Positions 35,953 through 46,159 of a stretch of DNA of 53,897 bases are shown here, piece after piece (the first letter of the stretch is position 1; each line of letters begins with the position of its first letter). A program made the position numbers and the translations under genes. The DNA comes from Clostridia bacterium (GTDB lineage: Bacteria > Bacillota > Clostridia > Oscillospirales > Acutalibacteraceae), in the NCBI GenBank assembly GCA_017383985.1, contig JAFNUO010000023.1, positions 1 through 53,897 on the forward strand, read 5' to 3'. The notes under the pieces are model-generated. The model was not told the origin of the DNA and searched no databases. It worked only from the letters and a program-made list of their open reading frames with translations.

Positions 35953-38895
35953 ATGCTTAAGCTAACTAATATTGTAAAAAGCTACTTAGCCGGAAGCACA
36001 AAGGTTGAGGCTCTCAAAGGAATAAGCATTGAGTTCCGTAAAAACGAGTTTGTTTCCGTACTCGGTCAATCGGGTTGCGGCAAAACGACCTTGCTTAACA
36101 TTATTGGCGGACTTGACCAATACGACAGCGGCGATATGTCCATAAACAACCGCTCGACCAAAAATTTTAAAGATAAAGATTGGGACTCCTACCGTAACCA
36201 TTCGATAGGTTTTGTTTTCCAAAGCTACAACCTTATTCCCCACCAAACGGTTTTAAGTAACGTTGAGCTTGCACTTACCCTTTCGGGCGTATCAAAGTCC
36301 GAGCGCCGCCGCCGCGCAGAAGAGGCCCTTGCAAAGGTCGGCCTTTCCGACCAGCTTAACAAAAGGCCTAACCAAATGTCGGGAGGACAAATGCAGCGAG
36401 TTGCTATCGCCCGAGCGCTTGTTAACGACCCCGAAATTTTGCTTGCCGATGAGCCTACCGGCGCCCTTGACAGCGAAACCTCGGTTCAGATTATGGAGAT
36501 TTTAAAGGAAATATCCAAAGACAAGCTTATCATCATGGTAACCCATAACCCCGAGCTTGCCGAAAAATATTCTACGCGAATTGTGAAGCTCCTTGACGGC
36601 GAAATTATTAACGATTCCGATCCGTACGACTCGGAATATATACTTGAGGCCCCCGAAAAGAAAAAGGCGTTAAACAAAAAAGGCGGCAAAATGTCCATGT
36701 CCTTTTTAACCGCGCTTTCCCTTTCGCTTAACAACCTCATGACCAAAAAGGCCCGAACCTTTATGACATCCTTTGCGGGAAGCATAGGAATTATCGGTAT
36801 TGCGCTTATCATGGCGCTTTCAAACGGCATTAACCTTTATATCAACCGCGTTCAGGAGGATACCCTTTCAAGTTATCCGATACAGATTGCCGCCGAAACG
36901 GTTGATATGTCAAGCCTTGTAACCAACCTTATGGGCTCAAACGACAAAAAAACAAATCACGAGCTTGACGCCGTTTATTCCAACTCGATTATGTACGAGC
37001 TGATTAACACAATGAACAGCGCCGAGGTAGAAACCAACAACTTAAAAAAATTCAAGGAATTTATTGAAAAGGACGAAAGCATTAAAAAGTATATCAGCGC
37101 CGTTCAGTATTCCTATGACTTAGATTTAAGTATTTACACCAAAGACTCCAACAACAAAATCGTCAAATCGGACGTAAGCGAACTTCTTTCGGGTATTTAC
37201 GGCGCCGAAAGCAGCATGATGAACACCGGATATCAGCAGGCGTTTGCAAAAATGAACGTTTGGACCGAAATTTTAAGCAACCAGGACGGAAAGGGCATTA
37301 ACGAGCTTACAAAAAGCCAGTACGATTGCATTTACGGCGAATGGCCGAAAAATTATAACGAGGTTGTACTTATAGTTGACAAGAACAACGAGATAAGCGA
37401 CCTTTGCCTTTATGCGCTTGGACTTAAAACCTCCGACGAGCTTACCGAAGTATTTGCGTCGGCCATGAAGCAGGAGCAGCTTGATACAAAGGAAACAAAG
37501 TACAGCTACAAGGATATTTGCTCAAAGACCTTTAAGCTTATCCCGACAAGCACCTGTTACCAAATTTCCGAGGACGGCACAAACAAAGATTTGCGCGAAA
37601 GCGACGCGGGACTTAAATTTGTTTACGATAGCGGAATTGATATCAAAATTTCGGGTATTGTAAGGCCCAACGAGGAAGCTCTTTCCTCCTCCATGAGCGG
37701 TTCAATAGGATATACCCGCGACCTTACAACGCGTATCGTTGAAATCGCGGAAAAGAGCGACATAGTTAAAAAGCAAATGGAAAGCCCCGACACCGATATT
37801 TTCACGGGACTTCCCTTTAAAGTTGAAGGCACAAGCCAGTCAAGCGTAACCGACAAAGCAAACGCGTTTAAGGCCTATGCCGAAAGTCTTTCAATCGCCG
37901 ACCGCGCCGAGCTTTACACGTCAATGATGTCGGAGCCGAACGACGACTATGTTAAGTCGCAGGTTGACGCCGCGATTGGACAAATGACGGTTGAGCAGCT
38001 ACGCCAAATGTTAACCCAGGCGTATGCACAACAAATGGGCTCAAACACAGATGACGTTGCCGATTACATCAACAAGATGGACGACAAAACGGTTATGGAA
38101 TATGCCGAGGAAGCAATTGGCGAACAGGCTCGTGAAAAGTATTCCGCCGAAAAGCGCGAATATTACGGCGCCATGACCGCAACGGCGCTTAACGAGTTGC
38201 TTGGCCATGCGTTGCCCAATTTTACCGAAGAAGAGCTCGCTCATTTCTACGATGTGCTTATGCCCGAAACGGCAAGCGTCACCTATGAGGACGCAATGAA
38301 AAAGCTCGGCTTTGTTGACCTTAGCAGTCCGACCGCGATAAATATTTACGCGTCGTCGTTTGACAACAAAGACAGTATCGCAAAAGAGATTACAAAATAC
38401 AACGAAAAGCAAAAAACCGAGGACGACAAAATTGATTATACCGATTACGTCCAGCTTATGATGTCGTCGATTACGACCATTATTAACGCAATTTCGTATG
38501 TTCTTATCGCATTCGTTGCAATCTCGCTTATCGTTTCGTCGATTATGATTGGTATTATCACCTACATTTCGGTACTTGAACGCACAAAGGAAATCGGTAT
38601 CCTCCGTTCAATCGGCGCTTCAAAGAGCGACATTTCCCGCGTATTCAACGCCGAAACCTTAATCATCGGATTTGCTGCGGGCGTTATAGGTATTGTAATT
38701 ACTGTGCTTCTTTGCATACCGATAACCGCGGTTGTACGAGCTCTTACCGATATAAACAATATAAGCGCAGCATTGCCGTTTGGCGGCGCAATTGTATTGG
38801 TTATCATAAGCATGCTTCTTACCTTTTTCGCCGGACTTATTCCGTCGGGCGTTGCGGCCAAAAAAGACCCCGTTGAAGCGTTAAGAACCGAATAA
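35953..38895 (+). CDS. Fused ABC transporter: MacB/LolD-type ATPase + FtsX-family permease with a very large extracytoplasmic domain
   Basis: Walker [10 protein letters not shown], signature [15 protein letters not shown], Walker [13 protein letters not shown]. First TM segment near aa 270-295, about 560 aa of soluble sequence, then three C-terminal FtsX TM segments. 980 aa. Confidence 0.92.
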   Translation: MLKLTNIVKSYLAGSTKVEALKGISIEFRKNEFVSVLGQSGCGKTTLLNIIGGLDQYDSGDMSINNRSTKNFKDKDWDSYRNHSIGFVFQSYNLIPHQTVLSNVELALTLSGVSKSERRRRAEEALAKVGLSDQLNKRPNQMSGGQMQRVAIARALVNDPEILLADEPTGALDSETSVQIMEILKEISKDKLIIMVTHNPELAEKYSTRIVKLLDGEIINDSDPYDSEYILEAPEKKKALNKKGGKMSMSFLTALSLSLNNLMTKKARTFMTSFAGSIGIIGIALIMALSNGINLYINRVQEDTLSSYPIQIAAETVDMSSLVTNLMGSNDKKTNHELDAVYSNSIMYELINTMNSAEVETNNLKKFKEFIEKDESIKKYISAVQYSYDLDLSIYTKDSNNKIVKSDVSELLSGIYGAESSMMNTGYQQAFAKMNVWTEILSNQDGKGINELTKSQYDCIYGEWPKNYNEVVLIVDKNNEISDLCLYALGLKTSDELTEVFASAMKQEQLDTKETKYSYKDICSKTFKLIPTSTCYQISEDGTNKDLRESDAGLKFVYDSGIDIKISGIVRPNEEALSSSMSGSIGYTRDLTTRIVEIAEKSDIVKKQMESPDTDIFTGLPFKVEGTSQSSVTDKANAFKAYAESLSIADRAELYTSMMSEPNDDYVKSQVDAAIGQMTVEQLRQMLTQAYAQQMGSNTDDVADYINKMDDKTVMEYAEEAIGEQAREKYSAEKREYYGAMTATALNELLGHALPNFTEEELAHFYDVLMPETASVTYEDAMKKLGFVDLSSPTAINIYASSFDNKDSIAKEITKYNEKQKTEDDKIDYTDYVQLMMSSITTIINAISYVLIAFVAISLIVSSIMIGIITYISVLERTKEIGILRSIGASKSDISRVFNAETLIIGFAAGVIGIVITVLLCIPITAVVRALTDINNISAALPFGGAIVLVIISMLLTFFAGLIPSGVAAKKDPVEALRTE

Positions 38896-38904
38896 TATAA
38901 TTTT

Positions 38905-38938
38905 AAAAGCCCCCTTGCGTTTAGCGGGGGCTTTTTTT
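38905..38938 (+). terminator. Intrinsic terminator
   Basis: Stem aaaagccccc / gggggctttt followed by a T-run. Confidence 0.8.
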
Positions 38939-38968
38939 GTCCACAATAATCGTAAAGGTGTGATTATT

Positions 38969-39673
38969 ATGGACTATTTAAAAACATTTTTGGCGGCAGT
39001 TTCGTCGGTTGTTGTTTTATTTATATTGGCGAAATTGCTTGGTTACCGCCAAGTATCCGACCTTTCGATTTTTGACTACGTAAACTCGATCTCAATAGGC
39101 TCGATCGCCGCCGAGATGGCGACCTCCGAGGGCAAACAGGTTATTCATTGTTTAATCGGGCTTGGTGTATTTGCGTTGTTCACATTTGCTACCTCGATTT
39201 TGACCGATAAAAGTATTCGTATGCGCCGATTTATTACGGGTAAGCCCGTAATCTTGATGGAACACGGAAAAATGTACGACGAAAATTTTAAAAAGGTCAA
39301 AATTGACATGAACGAGTTCACCTCCGCATGTCGGTCGCAGGGCTATTTCGACGTATCTCAGCTTGACACGGTTATACTTGAGCCTAACGGCAGGTTTTCG
39401 ATATTGCCGTTAACAAAAACGGCGCCGCTTACTCCCGCCGACATGAACATCGCCGTTACGCAAGAGGAAATTCCCGCCTGCGTTATAATAGGCGGAAAGC
39501 TTATTGAAGAAGCGCTTAGTTCGATTAAAATGACCGAGCAAACGCTTAAAAACAAGCTTAAAAAAGCGGGGTATAAATCGTACGACCGATTGTTTTTAGT
39601 GCTTATGGACAAAAGCGGAAACGTTACCGCCTTTCCAAGGTGCGGCGAAACCGATTGCGACGCTCTTGAATAA
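38969..39673 (+). CDS. DUF421 (YetF-like) membrane protein
   Basis: MDYLKTFLAAVSSVVVLFILAKLLGYRQVSDLSIFDYVNSISIGSIAA is the typical DUF421 N-terminus. I moved the start to the ATG at 38969, because the track ORF begins inside the upstream terminator. Confidence 0.85.
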   Translation: MDYLKTFLAAVSSVVVLFILAKLLGYRQVSDLSIFDYVNSISIGSIAAEMATSEGKQVIHCLIGLGVFALFTFATSILTDKSIRMRRFITGKPVILMEHGKMYDENFKKVKIDMNEFTSACRSQGYFDVSQLDTVILEPNGRFSILPLTKTAPLTPADMNIAVTQEEIPACVIIGGKLIEEALSSIKMTEQTLKNKLKKAGYKSYDRLFLVLMDKSGNVTAFPRCGETDCDALE

Positions 39674-39712
39674 GCAAAAATTAAATGGTATACTGCATTT
39701 GGTGATAAAAAA

Positions 39713-40597
39713 ATGCAGGATTTATCAAGGTGTGAAATTTGTCCGCGAAAATGCGGCGTCAACCGCGAAAAAGGCAACGCGGGCGTTTGCCGCACCGATA
39801 AAAAAATTTCAATAGCGCGGGCTGCTCCCCATTATTGGGAGGAGCCGTGTATTTCGGGCAAAAACGGCTCGGGAACGGTCTTTTTTTCTGGATGCAATCT
39901 CGGTTGCGTTTTTTGTCAAAATCGCGAAATAAGCCGTTTTTCGGTAGGTAAAGAGGTTTCGGTAGCCGAGCTTGCCGCCATATTTGAAAATTTGCAAGAA
40001 AAGGGCGTTCATAACATAAATTTGGTTACGCCGAGCCACTTTGTTCCCCAAATTTCGGCGGCGCTTGACATCGCCAAGCTAAATATCCCCGTTGTATATA
40101 ATTCGGGCGGATATGATTTGCCCGAAACGCTTGACATGCTTGACAGCAAGGTTAAAATATTTTTGCCCGATTTTAAGTATATGAGTTGTTCCCTTGGCGA
40201 AAAATTTTCAAACGCTCCCGATTACCCCGAAATCGCAAAAGCGGCCATTAAAAAGATGTTTTCGCTTGGCGGTAAGCCGCGATTTGATAAGGACGGAATT
40301 ATGAAAAGCGGCGTTATCGTGCGTCACCTTGTTTTACCCGACCACGCCGATGACTCAAAGGCGGTAATAAAATATCTTTACGACACCTACGGCGATAATA
40401 TTTATATTAGCATTATGAACCAATATACCCCCGTTTGCGATACGGCTTATGCCGAGCTTGGCCGCGCCGTATCCGACGAGGAATACAACGAGGTTGTAGC
40501 CTTCGCCGAGAAAATCGGGGTTAAAAACGCCTTTATCCAAGAGGGAGGCACCGTTTCGGAAAGCTTTATTCCGGAATTTGATACAAAAAAAGACTGA
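39713..40597 (+). CDS. Radical SAM protein, PflX-like (pyruvate formate-lyase activase-related)
   Basis: N-terminal CEICPRKCGVNR, radical-SAM cluster motif CNLGCVFCQN. 294 aa. Confidence 0.85.
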   Translation: MQDLSRCEICPRKCGVNREKGNAGVCRTDKKISIARAAPHYWEEPCISGKNGSGTVFFSGCNLGCVFCQNREISRFSVGKEVSVAELAAIFENLQEKGVHNINLVTPSHFVPQISAALDIAKLNIPVVYNSGGYDLPETLDMLDSKVKIFLPDFKYMSCSLGEKFSNAPDYPEIAKAAIKKMFSLGGKPRFDKDGIMKSGVIVRHLVLPDHADDSKAVIKYLYDTYGDNIYISIMNQYTPVCDTAYAELGRAVSDEEYNEVVAFAEKIGVKNAFIQEGGTVSESFIPEFDTKKD

Positions 40598-40646
40598 GGA
40601 AATGAGTTGTACTCTTAAGGAAAGTAAAAAGTAGGAATGTAAAGCA

Positions 40647-40676
40647 AAAATCCGTCTGAGAAATCAGGCGGATTTT
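40647..40676 (+). terminator. Intrinsic terminator
   Basis: Stem aaatccgtctga / tcaggcggattt followed by tt. Confidence 0.65.
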
Positions 40677-40700
40677 ATATATTAAACTTTTTCAAATATA

Positions 40701-40729
40701 TTGCATTTTTTCTTTTAGTGCGGTATGAT
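40701..40729 (+). promoter_or_regulatory. Putative promoter of the AbrB-like/ABC-2 island
   Basis: TTGCAT, 17 nt, TATGAT. Confidence 0.5.
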
Positions 40730-40773
40730 TAGTATGAAAAGTATAACAAATATAATTTTCGGGGAGATAAGAA

Positions 40774-40977
40774 ATGAAAAAAGATAAGTTTGTAGGAATA
40801 AGCAAAGTTGGAGAAAAAGGACAAATTGTAATTCCAAAAGAAGCGAGAGATATGTTTGATATAAGACCGGGAGATTCTATCATTGTCCTTTGTGATAAAT
40901 CAAGAGGAATTGCTCTGCTTAAAGCAGACACAATAGACGATTTATCGGACAAAGTTTTCCCCAAGGAGAAGAACTAA
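40774..40977 (+). CDS. AbrB/MazE/SpoVT-family DNA-binding protein
   Basis: ISKVGEKGQIVIPKEARDMFDIRPGDSIIVL swapped-hairpin motif. 67 aa. Confidence 0.85.
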   Translation: MKKDKFVGISKVGEKGQIVIPKEARDMFDIRPGDSIIVLCDKSRGIALLKADTIDDLSDKVFPKEKN

Positions 40978-40978
40978 G

Positions 40979-41701
40979 ATGATAGCAATTGAAGTAGAGA
41001 ATTTGACCAAAAAATACAAAGAAAAAGTAGTGGTCAACGGAATAAATCTAAAAATAAATCAAGGTGAATTATTTGCTTTGCTTGGCACAAACGGTGCAGG
41101 AAAAACAACAACCATTAAAATGTTGTCCACCTTGATTTTGCCCAACGATGGAAAGGTTAAAATCAACGGATTAAATGTTATTAAAGACAGACAAGAAATC
41201 AGGGAAATATTAAATATATCTCCTCAAGAAACCGCTATCGCGCCCAACCTTTCGGTAAAAGAGAACCTGGAATTTATGGCAGGGGTATATCAAATTTCAA
41301 ATAAAGAAGAAAAAATCAACGAACTAATAAAAATGTTCAAATTAGATGAAGTATTAAATCAAAAAGCAAAAATTTTGTCGGGAGGTTGGCAAAGAAAAGT
41401 ATCTATAGCAATTTCTTTGATAAATGACCCTAAAATATTATTTTTAGATGAGCCGACGCTCGGTCTTGACGTAATCGCGAGGAAAGAGTTATGGGCGGTT
41501 ATAAAACACTTAAAAGGGAAAATAACAATAATATTAACAACCCATTATATGGAGGAAGCAGAAAAGTTATCGGACAGAGTTGGCATAATGGCGAAGGGCA
41601 ATTTGCTGACCGTTGGAACTTCAAATGAATTGATAGCGAAAACGGGTGCTGAAAATTTTGAGGATGCCTTTGTAAAAATAGCAACGGGGGGCGAATTATA
41701 A
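40979..41701 (+). CDS. ABC transporter ATP-binding protein (ABC-2/DrrA-like)
   Basis: Walker A GTNGAGKTT, signature LSGGWQRKVSIA, Walker B ILFLDEPTLGLD. Confidence 0.93.
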   Translation: MIAIEVENLTKKYKEKVVVNGINLKINQGELFALLGTNGAGKTTTIKMLSTLILPNDGKVKINGLNVIKDRQEIREILNISPQETAIAPNLSVKENLEFMAGVYQISNKEEKINELIKMFKLDEVLNQKAKILSGGWQRKVSIAISLINDPKILFLDEPTLGLDVIARKELWAVIKHLKGKITIILTTHYMEEAEKLSDRVGIMAKGNLLTVGTSNELIAKTGAENFEDAFVKIATGGEL

Positions 41702-41702
41702 T

Positions 41703-42434
41703 ATGAGAATAATAAACTTTGCAAAAAGAAATTTTAAAGAAATAGCCAGAGACCCGTTAAGCTTAATTTTTGCTATAATATTACCTTTGTTTTTGCTATT
41801 TGTTTTTCAACAATTTAATATACCAAACGAAAGCTATAAGTTAGAAAACTTTACTCCGGGAATGGTAGTTTTTGGCTTTTCTTTTATTACCCTCTTTACA
41901 GCAATGCTAATTAGCAAAGATAGAACAACTTCACTGTTAATAAGATTAGGGGTAAGCCCTATGAAATCGAGAGAATATATTTTAGGTTATATGTTATCAA
42001 TTATTCCTATCATATTAATTCAAAACACATTGTTTTTTCTTTTAGCTATTGGATTAGGGCTTCGCTTTAGCATAAATATCTTTTTTGCAATACTTGTGTC
42101 AATAGTTATAGCGGTTTTGTTTATTTCTATAGGGATAATTATAGGAAGCGTTGCTACCGAAAAGGCATCGTCGGGAATATCCAGTATTATAGTTCAAATT
42201 GTATGCTTTACAAGTGGAATGTATTTCCCAAAAGAAATGTTGGGAAAGGGATTTGGAACGATTTGCGAATACTTACCTTTTGAATCTTGCTTGACAATAT
42301 TAAAAGGGGTAATGCATAATCGTTTTCAAAATATTCAGCTAAGAAATGTTATTGTATTTGTTATTTATGCAGTGGTTGTTTTTGTTATCTCGGTGATAAT
42401 TTTTAATAGGAAAATGACAAGCGATAATAAATAA
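41703..42434 (+). CDS. ABC-2 type transporter permease
   Basis: 243 aa with six hydrophobic spans. Its start lies 1 nt after the ATPase stop. Confidence 0.85.
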   Translation: MRIINFAKRNFKEIARDPLSLIFAIILPLFLLFVFQQFNIPNESYKLENFTPGMVVFGFSFITLFTAMLISKDRTTSLLIRLGVSPMKSREYILGYMLSIIPIILIQNTLFFLLAIGLGLRFSINIFFAILVSIVIAVLFISIGIIIGSVATEKASSGISSIIVQIVCFTSGMYFPKEMLGKGFGTICEYLPFESCLTILKGVMHNRFQNIQLRNVIVFVIYAVVVFVISVIIFNRKMTSDNK

Positions 42435-42535
42435 TGTCTATCCTTTGTGTGAAGCAACAAAGGGTTTTAGGTTCTCCTAAAGTGTGGAAAATTTGATATA
42501 CATTTTCCCTGCTTGTTACGGTATGAGACAAAATT

Positions 42536-42569
42536 AAAAGATGCACGAAAAATTTCGTGCATCTTTTTT
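42536..42569. terminator. Bidirectional terminator (island / rnfB)
   Basis: Stem agatgcacgaaa / tttcgtgcatct flanked by aaaa and ttttt. Confidence 0.8.
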
Positions 42570-42613
42570 GCTGTCCTTTAGAGTACGACTCTAAATCCTC
42601 AGTCTTTTTTTAA

Positions 42614-43402
42614 TTATTGCATAACCTTAATAATATGCTGCGGGCAGGCTTCTTCGCATTTTCCGCAACCGACGCATTTATCGTTATCAACGGCAGCAAC
42701 AAAATTCGTAACCGTAACGGCGCCGTATTCGCAAACCTTTTGACATTTCATGCAACCGATACAACCCGTTTTACAAACCTTGCGGGTTTCGGCGCCCTTG
42801 TCGGCGTTTTTGCAGGTAACGACGGCGCGGGAATCGGCGTCGATAACTCGTATAACCTGCTTCGGGCAGGCGGTAACGCATTTTCCGCAACCGCCGCAAA
42901 GCTCTTTGTCCACAACGGCAACCCCGTTAACAACCGCTATCGCATCGTTTTGGCAAACGGCGGCGCAGTCGCCAAGTCCCATACAGCCGTAACGGCAAGA
43001 GGCGGGTCCCGAGGCAACCAACGCGGCGGCGGCACACGAGTTTAAGCCGTGGTAATCGAATTTATTTTCGGTAACGTCGCGGTTTCCGCTGCACATAACA
43101 ACGGCGTATTTTTTACGGACATCGCCGACGTCGGCGCCCATTATTTCGCCGATTGCTTTTGCGGTTTCGGCGCCACCGGGGGCGCATTGAGTAAGCTCGG
43201 CCTCACCGGCGGCGATTGCGGCGGCGTAGCCGTCACAACCGGTATATCCGCAGGCGCCGCAGTTAGCGCCTGGCAACACCTCACGCACCTTTTCAACACG
43301 CTCGTCGGTTTTTACGGCAAGGAAATGAGACGCAAGCGAAAGCATAACGCCGCAAACAAGTCCTATCGCCGCAACAATTATTACGGGAACAAGTATTTCC
43401 AT
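42614..43402 (-). CDS. rnfB: Rnf complex subunit B (polyferredoxin)
   Basis: N-terminal TM segment, CGACGYTGC cluster and several CxxCxxCxxxCP motifs. Confidence 0.93.
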   Translation of the reverse strand: MEILVPVIIVAAIGLVCGVMLSLASHFLAVKTDERVEKVREVLPGANCGACGYTGCDGYAAAIAAGEAELTQCAPGGAETAKAIGEIMGADVGDVRKKYAVVMCSGNRDVTENKFDYHGLNSCAAAALVASGPASCRYGCMGLGDCAAVCQNDAIAVVNGVAVVDKELCGGCGKCVTACPKQVIRVIDADSRAVVTCKNADKGAETRKVCKTGCIGCMKCQKVCEYGAVTVTNFVAAVDNDKCVGCGKCEEACPQHIIKVMQ

Positions 43403-43418
43403 AAGTCACAGTCCCCCT

Positions 43419-44012
43419 TTATGCAAACAGGTTTTCGACAATTCCGCCGAAACCGAGGAAGGTAAGCGCCGTAATCGACGCCGCAATAAGCGTTATAGGC
43501 AAGCCCTGAAGCGCTTTCGGAATATCGCAGGATTCCATGCGCCCTCTTACACCCGAAAAAATCATCATCGCAACAAGGAAGCCGATACCTGCGCCGAAAG
43601 AGTTTACGAGTGACTCGGCCAGCGTATAGCTCTCGCTTATATTAAGCACGGTTACGCCCAAAACGGCACAGTTGGTTGTTATAAGCGGCAGGTAAATTCC
43701 GAGCGCCTGATAAAGCGGCGGCGAAAACTTCTTTATGGCCGTTTCGATAAGCTGTACCAACGCGGCGATTATAAGAATAAATACAATCGTTTGCAAGTAT
43801 TCAAGGCCGTATTTAACAAGAATATAGTTGTGTACCGGCCAGGTTGCCGCCGTTGCGATTACCATAACCAAGGTTACGGCGACGCTCATTGAAAAGGCGG
43901 TAGACGGTTTTTTAGATACGCCGAGAAAGGGGCAAATTCCGAGGAATTTGGCAAGCACGAAGTTATTGGTCAATATGGCGGTAAAGAAAATGATAAGCAT
44001 TTCTTTCATCAT
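43419..44012 (-). CDS. rnfA: Rnf complex subunit A
   Basis: NNFVLAKFLGICPFLGVS motif. 197 aa. Confidence 0.95.
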   Translation of the reverse strand: MMKEMLIIFFTAILTNNFVLAKFLGICPFLGVSKKPSTAFSMSVAVTLVMVIATAATWPVHNYILVKYGLEYLQTIVFILIIAALVQLIETAIKKFSPPLYQALGIYLPLITTNCAVLGVTVLNISESYTLAESLVNSFGAGIGFLVAMMIFSGVRGRMESCDIPKALQGLPITLIAASITALTFLGFGGIVENLFA

Positions 44013-44683
44013 GCTTCCTCACCTCCCATATTCGATGGGCAAGCCGGGCATGAAATACAATTTCCGTCGCACGACTTAGTCGGAGCCTTTTCAAGGCGGG
44101 CAGAAAGCTTATTGGCAAGGGCAATAAGTATTCCGAAAACGAAAAATCCGCCGGGAGGCAACAACATAAGGGTCATAGGAGTTATAAAGTTGGCCGTAAC
44201 GGTTACTCCGAAAAGGGTTCCTGCGCCAAGCAGTTCTCTTATCATGCCCATAAGCACAAGGGCCGCCGTAAAGCCGATACCCATGCCAAGTCCGTCGCAT
44301 ATAGACGGTATAACCTTGTTTTTACCGGCGAACATTTCGGCTCGCGCAAGAATTATACAGTTTACAACGATAAGCGGCAAATAAATGCCGAGGGCGGAAT
44401 AAAGACTGTCGTAAAAATAGGCTTTAAGAAGCATTTGAATTATCGTAACAAAGCCCGCGATAACCGTTATGTAGGCGGGAATACGTACTTTATCGGGGAT
44501 AACTTTACGTAAAAGCGAAATGGTAAGGTTAGAGCCGATAAGCACGAAGGTTGCGGCAAGTCCCATGCCAAGTCCGTTTATGGCCGAGGTGGTTACAGCA
44601 AGGGTAGGACAGGTACCGAGGACAAGGCGCAAAACGGGGTTTTCTTTAACTATACCGTTTTTAATAATATCTAAATTTTTCAT
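44009..44683 (-). CDS. rnfE: Rnf complex subunit E (with Cys-rich C-terminal tail)
   Basis: NPVLRLVLGTCPTLAVTT motif. The stop overlaps the rnfA start (ATGA). Confidence 0.95.
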   Translation of the reverse strand: MKNLDIIKNGIVKENPVLRLVLGTCPTLAVTTSAINGLGMGLAATFVLIGSNLTISLLRKVIPDKVRIPAYITVIAGFVTIIQMLLKAYFYDSLYSALGIYLPLIVVNCIILARAEMFAGKNKVIPSICDGLGMGIGFTAALVLMGMIRELLGAGTLFGVTVTANFITPMTLMLLPPGGFFVFGILIALANKLSARLEKAPTKSCDGNCISCPACPSNMGGEEA

Positions 44684-45211
44684 TTATTTGCCCTCCCCCT
44701 TAACGCTTTCATAAATCGCCGTTGCCTGGCTTACTGCGTCGCATACGGCTCGCGAGGTCATGGTTGCGCTTGTTACGGCTACAATTTCGCCGCCGTCCTT
44801 TGTAACCTTAATTTCGCCCGATTTACCGACGAACATATCGGTAAACTCGGATTTAGCAACGTTTTGGCCAAGCCCCGGAGTTTCGTCGTCGCAGGAAAGC
44901 ACCGTCACGGCGGCAATAGTGCCGTCGGCGTTAATTCCCGTCATAACGTTCACAAGGGAACCCGAATATCCGCTTTTTGCCGCGGTTGTTATTACATAGC
45001 CAACCGTTTTGTCGCCTTTTTTAGCGGCAAAACAGCCGTCCTTTATTTCATCGTAGCTGTCGGCGGGGAGCACAACCGAACGTGCCGATTGCTCAGCCTC
45101 CCTTTCGGCGGCGGCAATAGTGCTTTTTGTAATAAGGTCAACCCCCGCAATGGCGGCGGTAACAACAACGCAAATTACCGTAAGGATAACGGCCGGTTTT
45201 ATAAATTTCAT
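44684..45211 (-). CDS. rnfG: Rnf complex subunit G (FMN-binding)
   Basis: N-terminal TM segment and FMN_bind region ending in AVTSATMTSRAV (flavinylation-type S/T-x-A-T motif). Confidence 0.92.
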   Translation of the reverse strand: MKFIKPAVILTVICVVVTAAIAGVDLITKSTIAAAEREAEQSARSVVLPADSYDEIKDGCFAAKKGDKTVGYVITTAAKSGYSGSLVNVMTGINADGTIAAVTVLSCDDETPGLGQNVAKSEFTDMFVGKSGEIKVTKDGGEIVAVTSATMTSRAVCDAVSQATAIYESVKGEGK

Positions 45212-46153
45212 TTATTTCGCCGCCTCCTTTTTCTCCTTTTGAACGCCAAACGGCTTTGAAATTACAAGTCGGTCAATTTGCGGAGTTAAGATGTTCATAA
45301 GCAAAATGCTGAACGATGCGCCCTCGGGCAACGAGCCGTAAACTCGAATAACGGCGGTAACAAGTCCGCAACCAACGGCGAAAATAACCTTGCCAAGCTT
45401 TGTGTTCGGGGAGGTTACGTAATCGGTGGCCATAAAAAACGCGCCGAGCATAAGTCCGCCCGAAAGCACGCCTTTAATCGGGTCCTCGCCGCAAACAAAA
45501 AGCATAAACGCGGTTGTACCGACGTAAACGACGGGGATTATCGGGGATATAACCTTTCGGCAGATAAGATAAACGCCGCCGATAATCAACGCAAGGGCGC
45601 AGGTTTCGCCCATTGAGCCGCCCGTAAGGCCGAGGAACATATCAAGGTAGTCGGCGTTTCCCGCATAAGTTGAGGCAAGCGGCGTTGCCGTTGTAACGGC
45701 GTCGCCCTTAAGCCACGAAAAGGGCTCTACCCAATTGGTCATTGCGGCGGTAAAGGACATCGTAAGCACAATTCGGCCGACAATAGCAGGGTTGGCAAAA
45801 TTTTGACCCAAGCCGCCAAAAAACTGCTTTACTACAACTATGGCAACGGCGGCGCCGATTATAGCCATCCATAACGGAAGGGTTGACGGAAGGTTAAGCG
45901 CCAATATAAGGCCGGTTACAACCGCCGACAAATCGCCGCAGGTTCCTTCGCGTTTCATTATCTTTCGGCTTGCCCATTCGCTAAAAACGGCCGAGGCAAT
46001 ACATACGGCGATAAGCAACGCGGCGTTATAGCCAAAATAGATTATACTTATTACTGCGGCGGGAACAAGCGCAATTATAACGTCAAGCATAATGCGTCTT
46101 GTTGAGGCGCCGCTATGGATATGCGGAGACGGCGAAACAAGTAATTTATCCAT
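45212..46153 (-). CDS. rnfD: Rnf complex subunit D
   Basis: VSPSPHIH N-terminus and a DAVTTATPLA flavinylation-type motif. 313 aa. Confidence 0.95.
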   Translation of the reverse strand: MDKLLVSPSPHIHSGASTRRIMLDVIIALVPAAVISIIYFGYNAALLIAVCIASAVFSEWASRKIMKREGTCGDLSAVVTGLILALNLPSTLPLWMAIIGAAVAIVVVKQFFGGLGQNFANPAIVGRIVLTMSFTAAMTNWVEPFSWLKGDAVTTATPLASTYAGNADYLDMFLGLTGGSMGETCALALIIGGVYLICRKVISPIIPVVYVGTTAFMLFVCGEDPIKGVLSGGLMLGAFFMATDYVTSPNTKLGKVIFAVGCGLVTAVIRVYGSLPEGASFSILLMNILTPQIDRLVISKPFGVQKEKKEAAK

Positions 46154-46159
46154 TTTTTA

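Noticed and set aside
40774-40977. The AbrB/MazE-fold genes here and at 52659-52859 as MazE-type antitoxins.
   Set aside because: No MazF/PemK-like or other toxin ORF is adjacent. One gene heads an ABC exporter operon. The other matches the AbrB N-terminus and stands alone.
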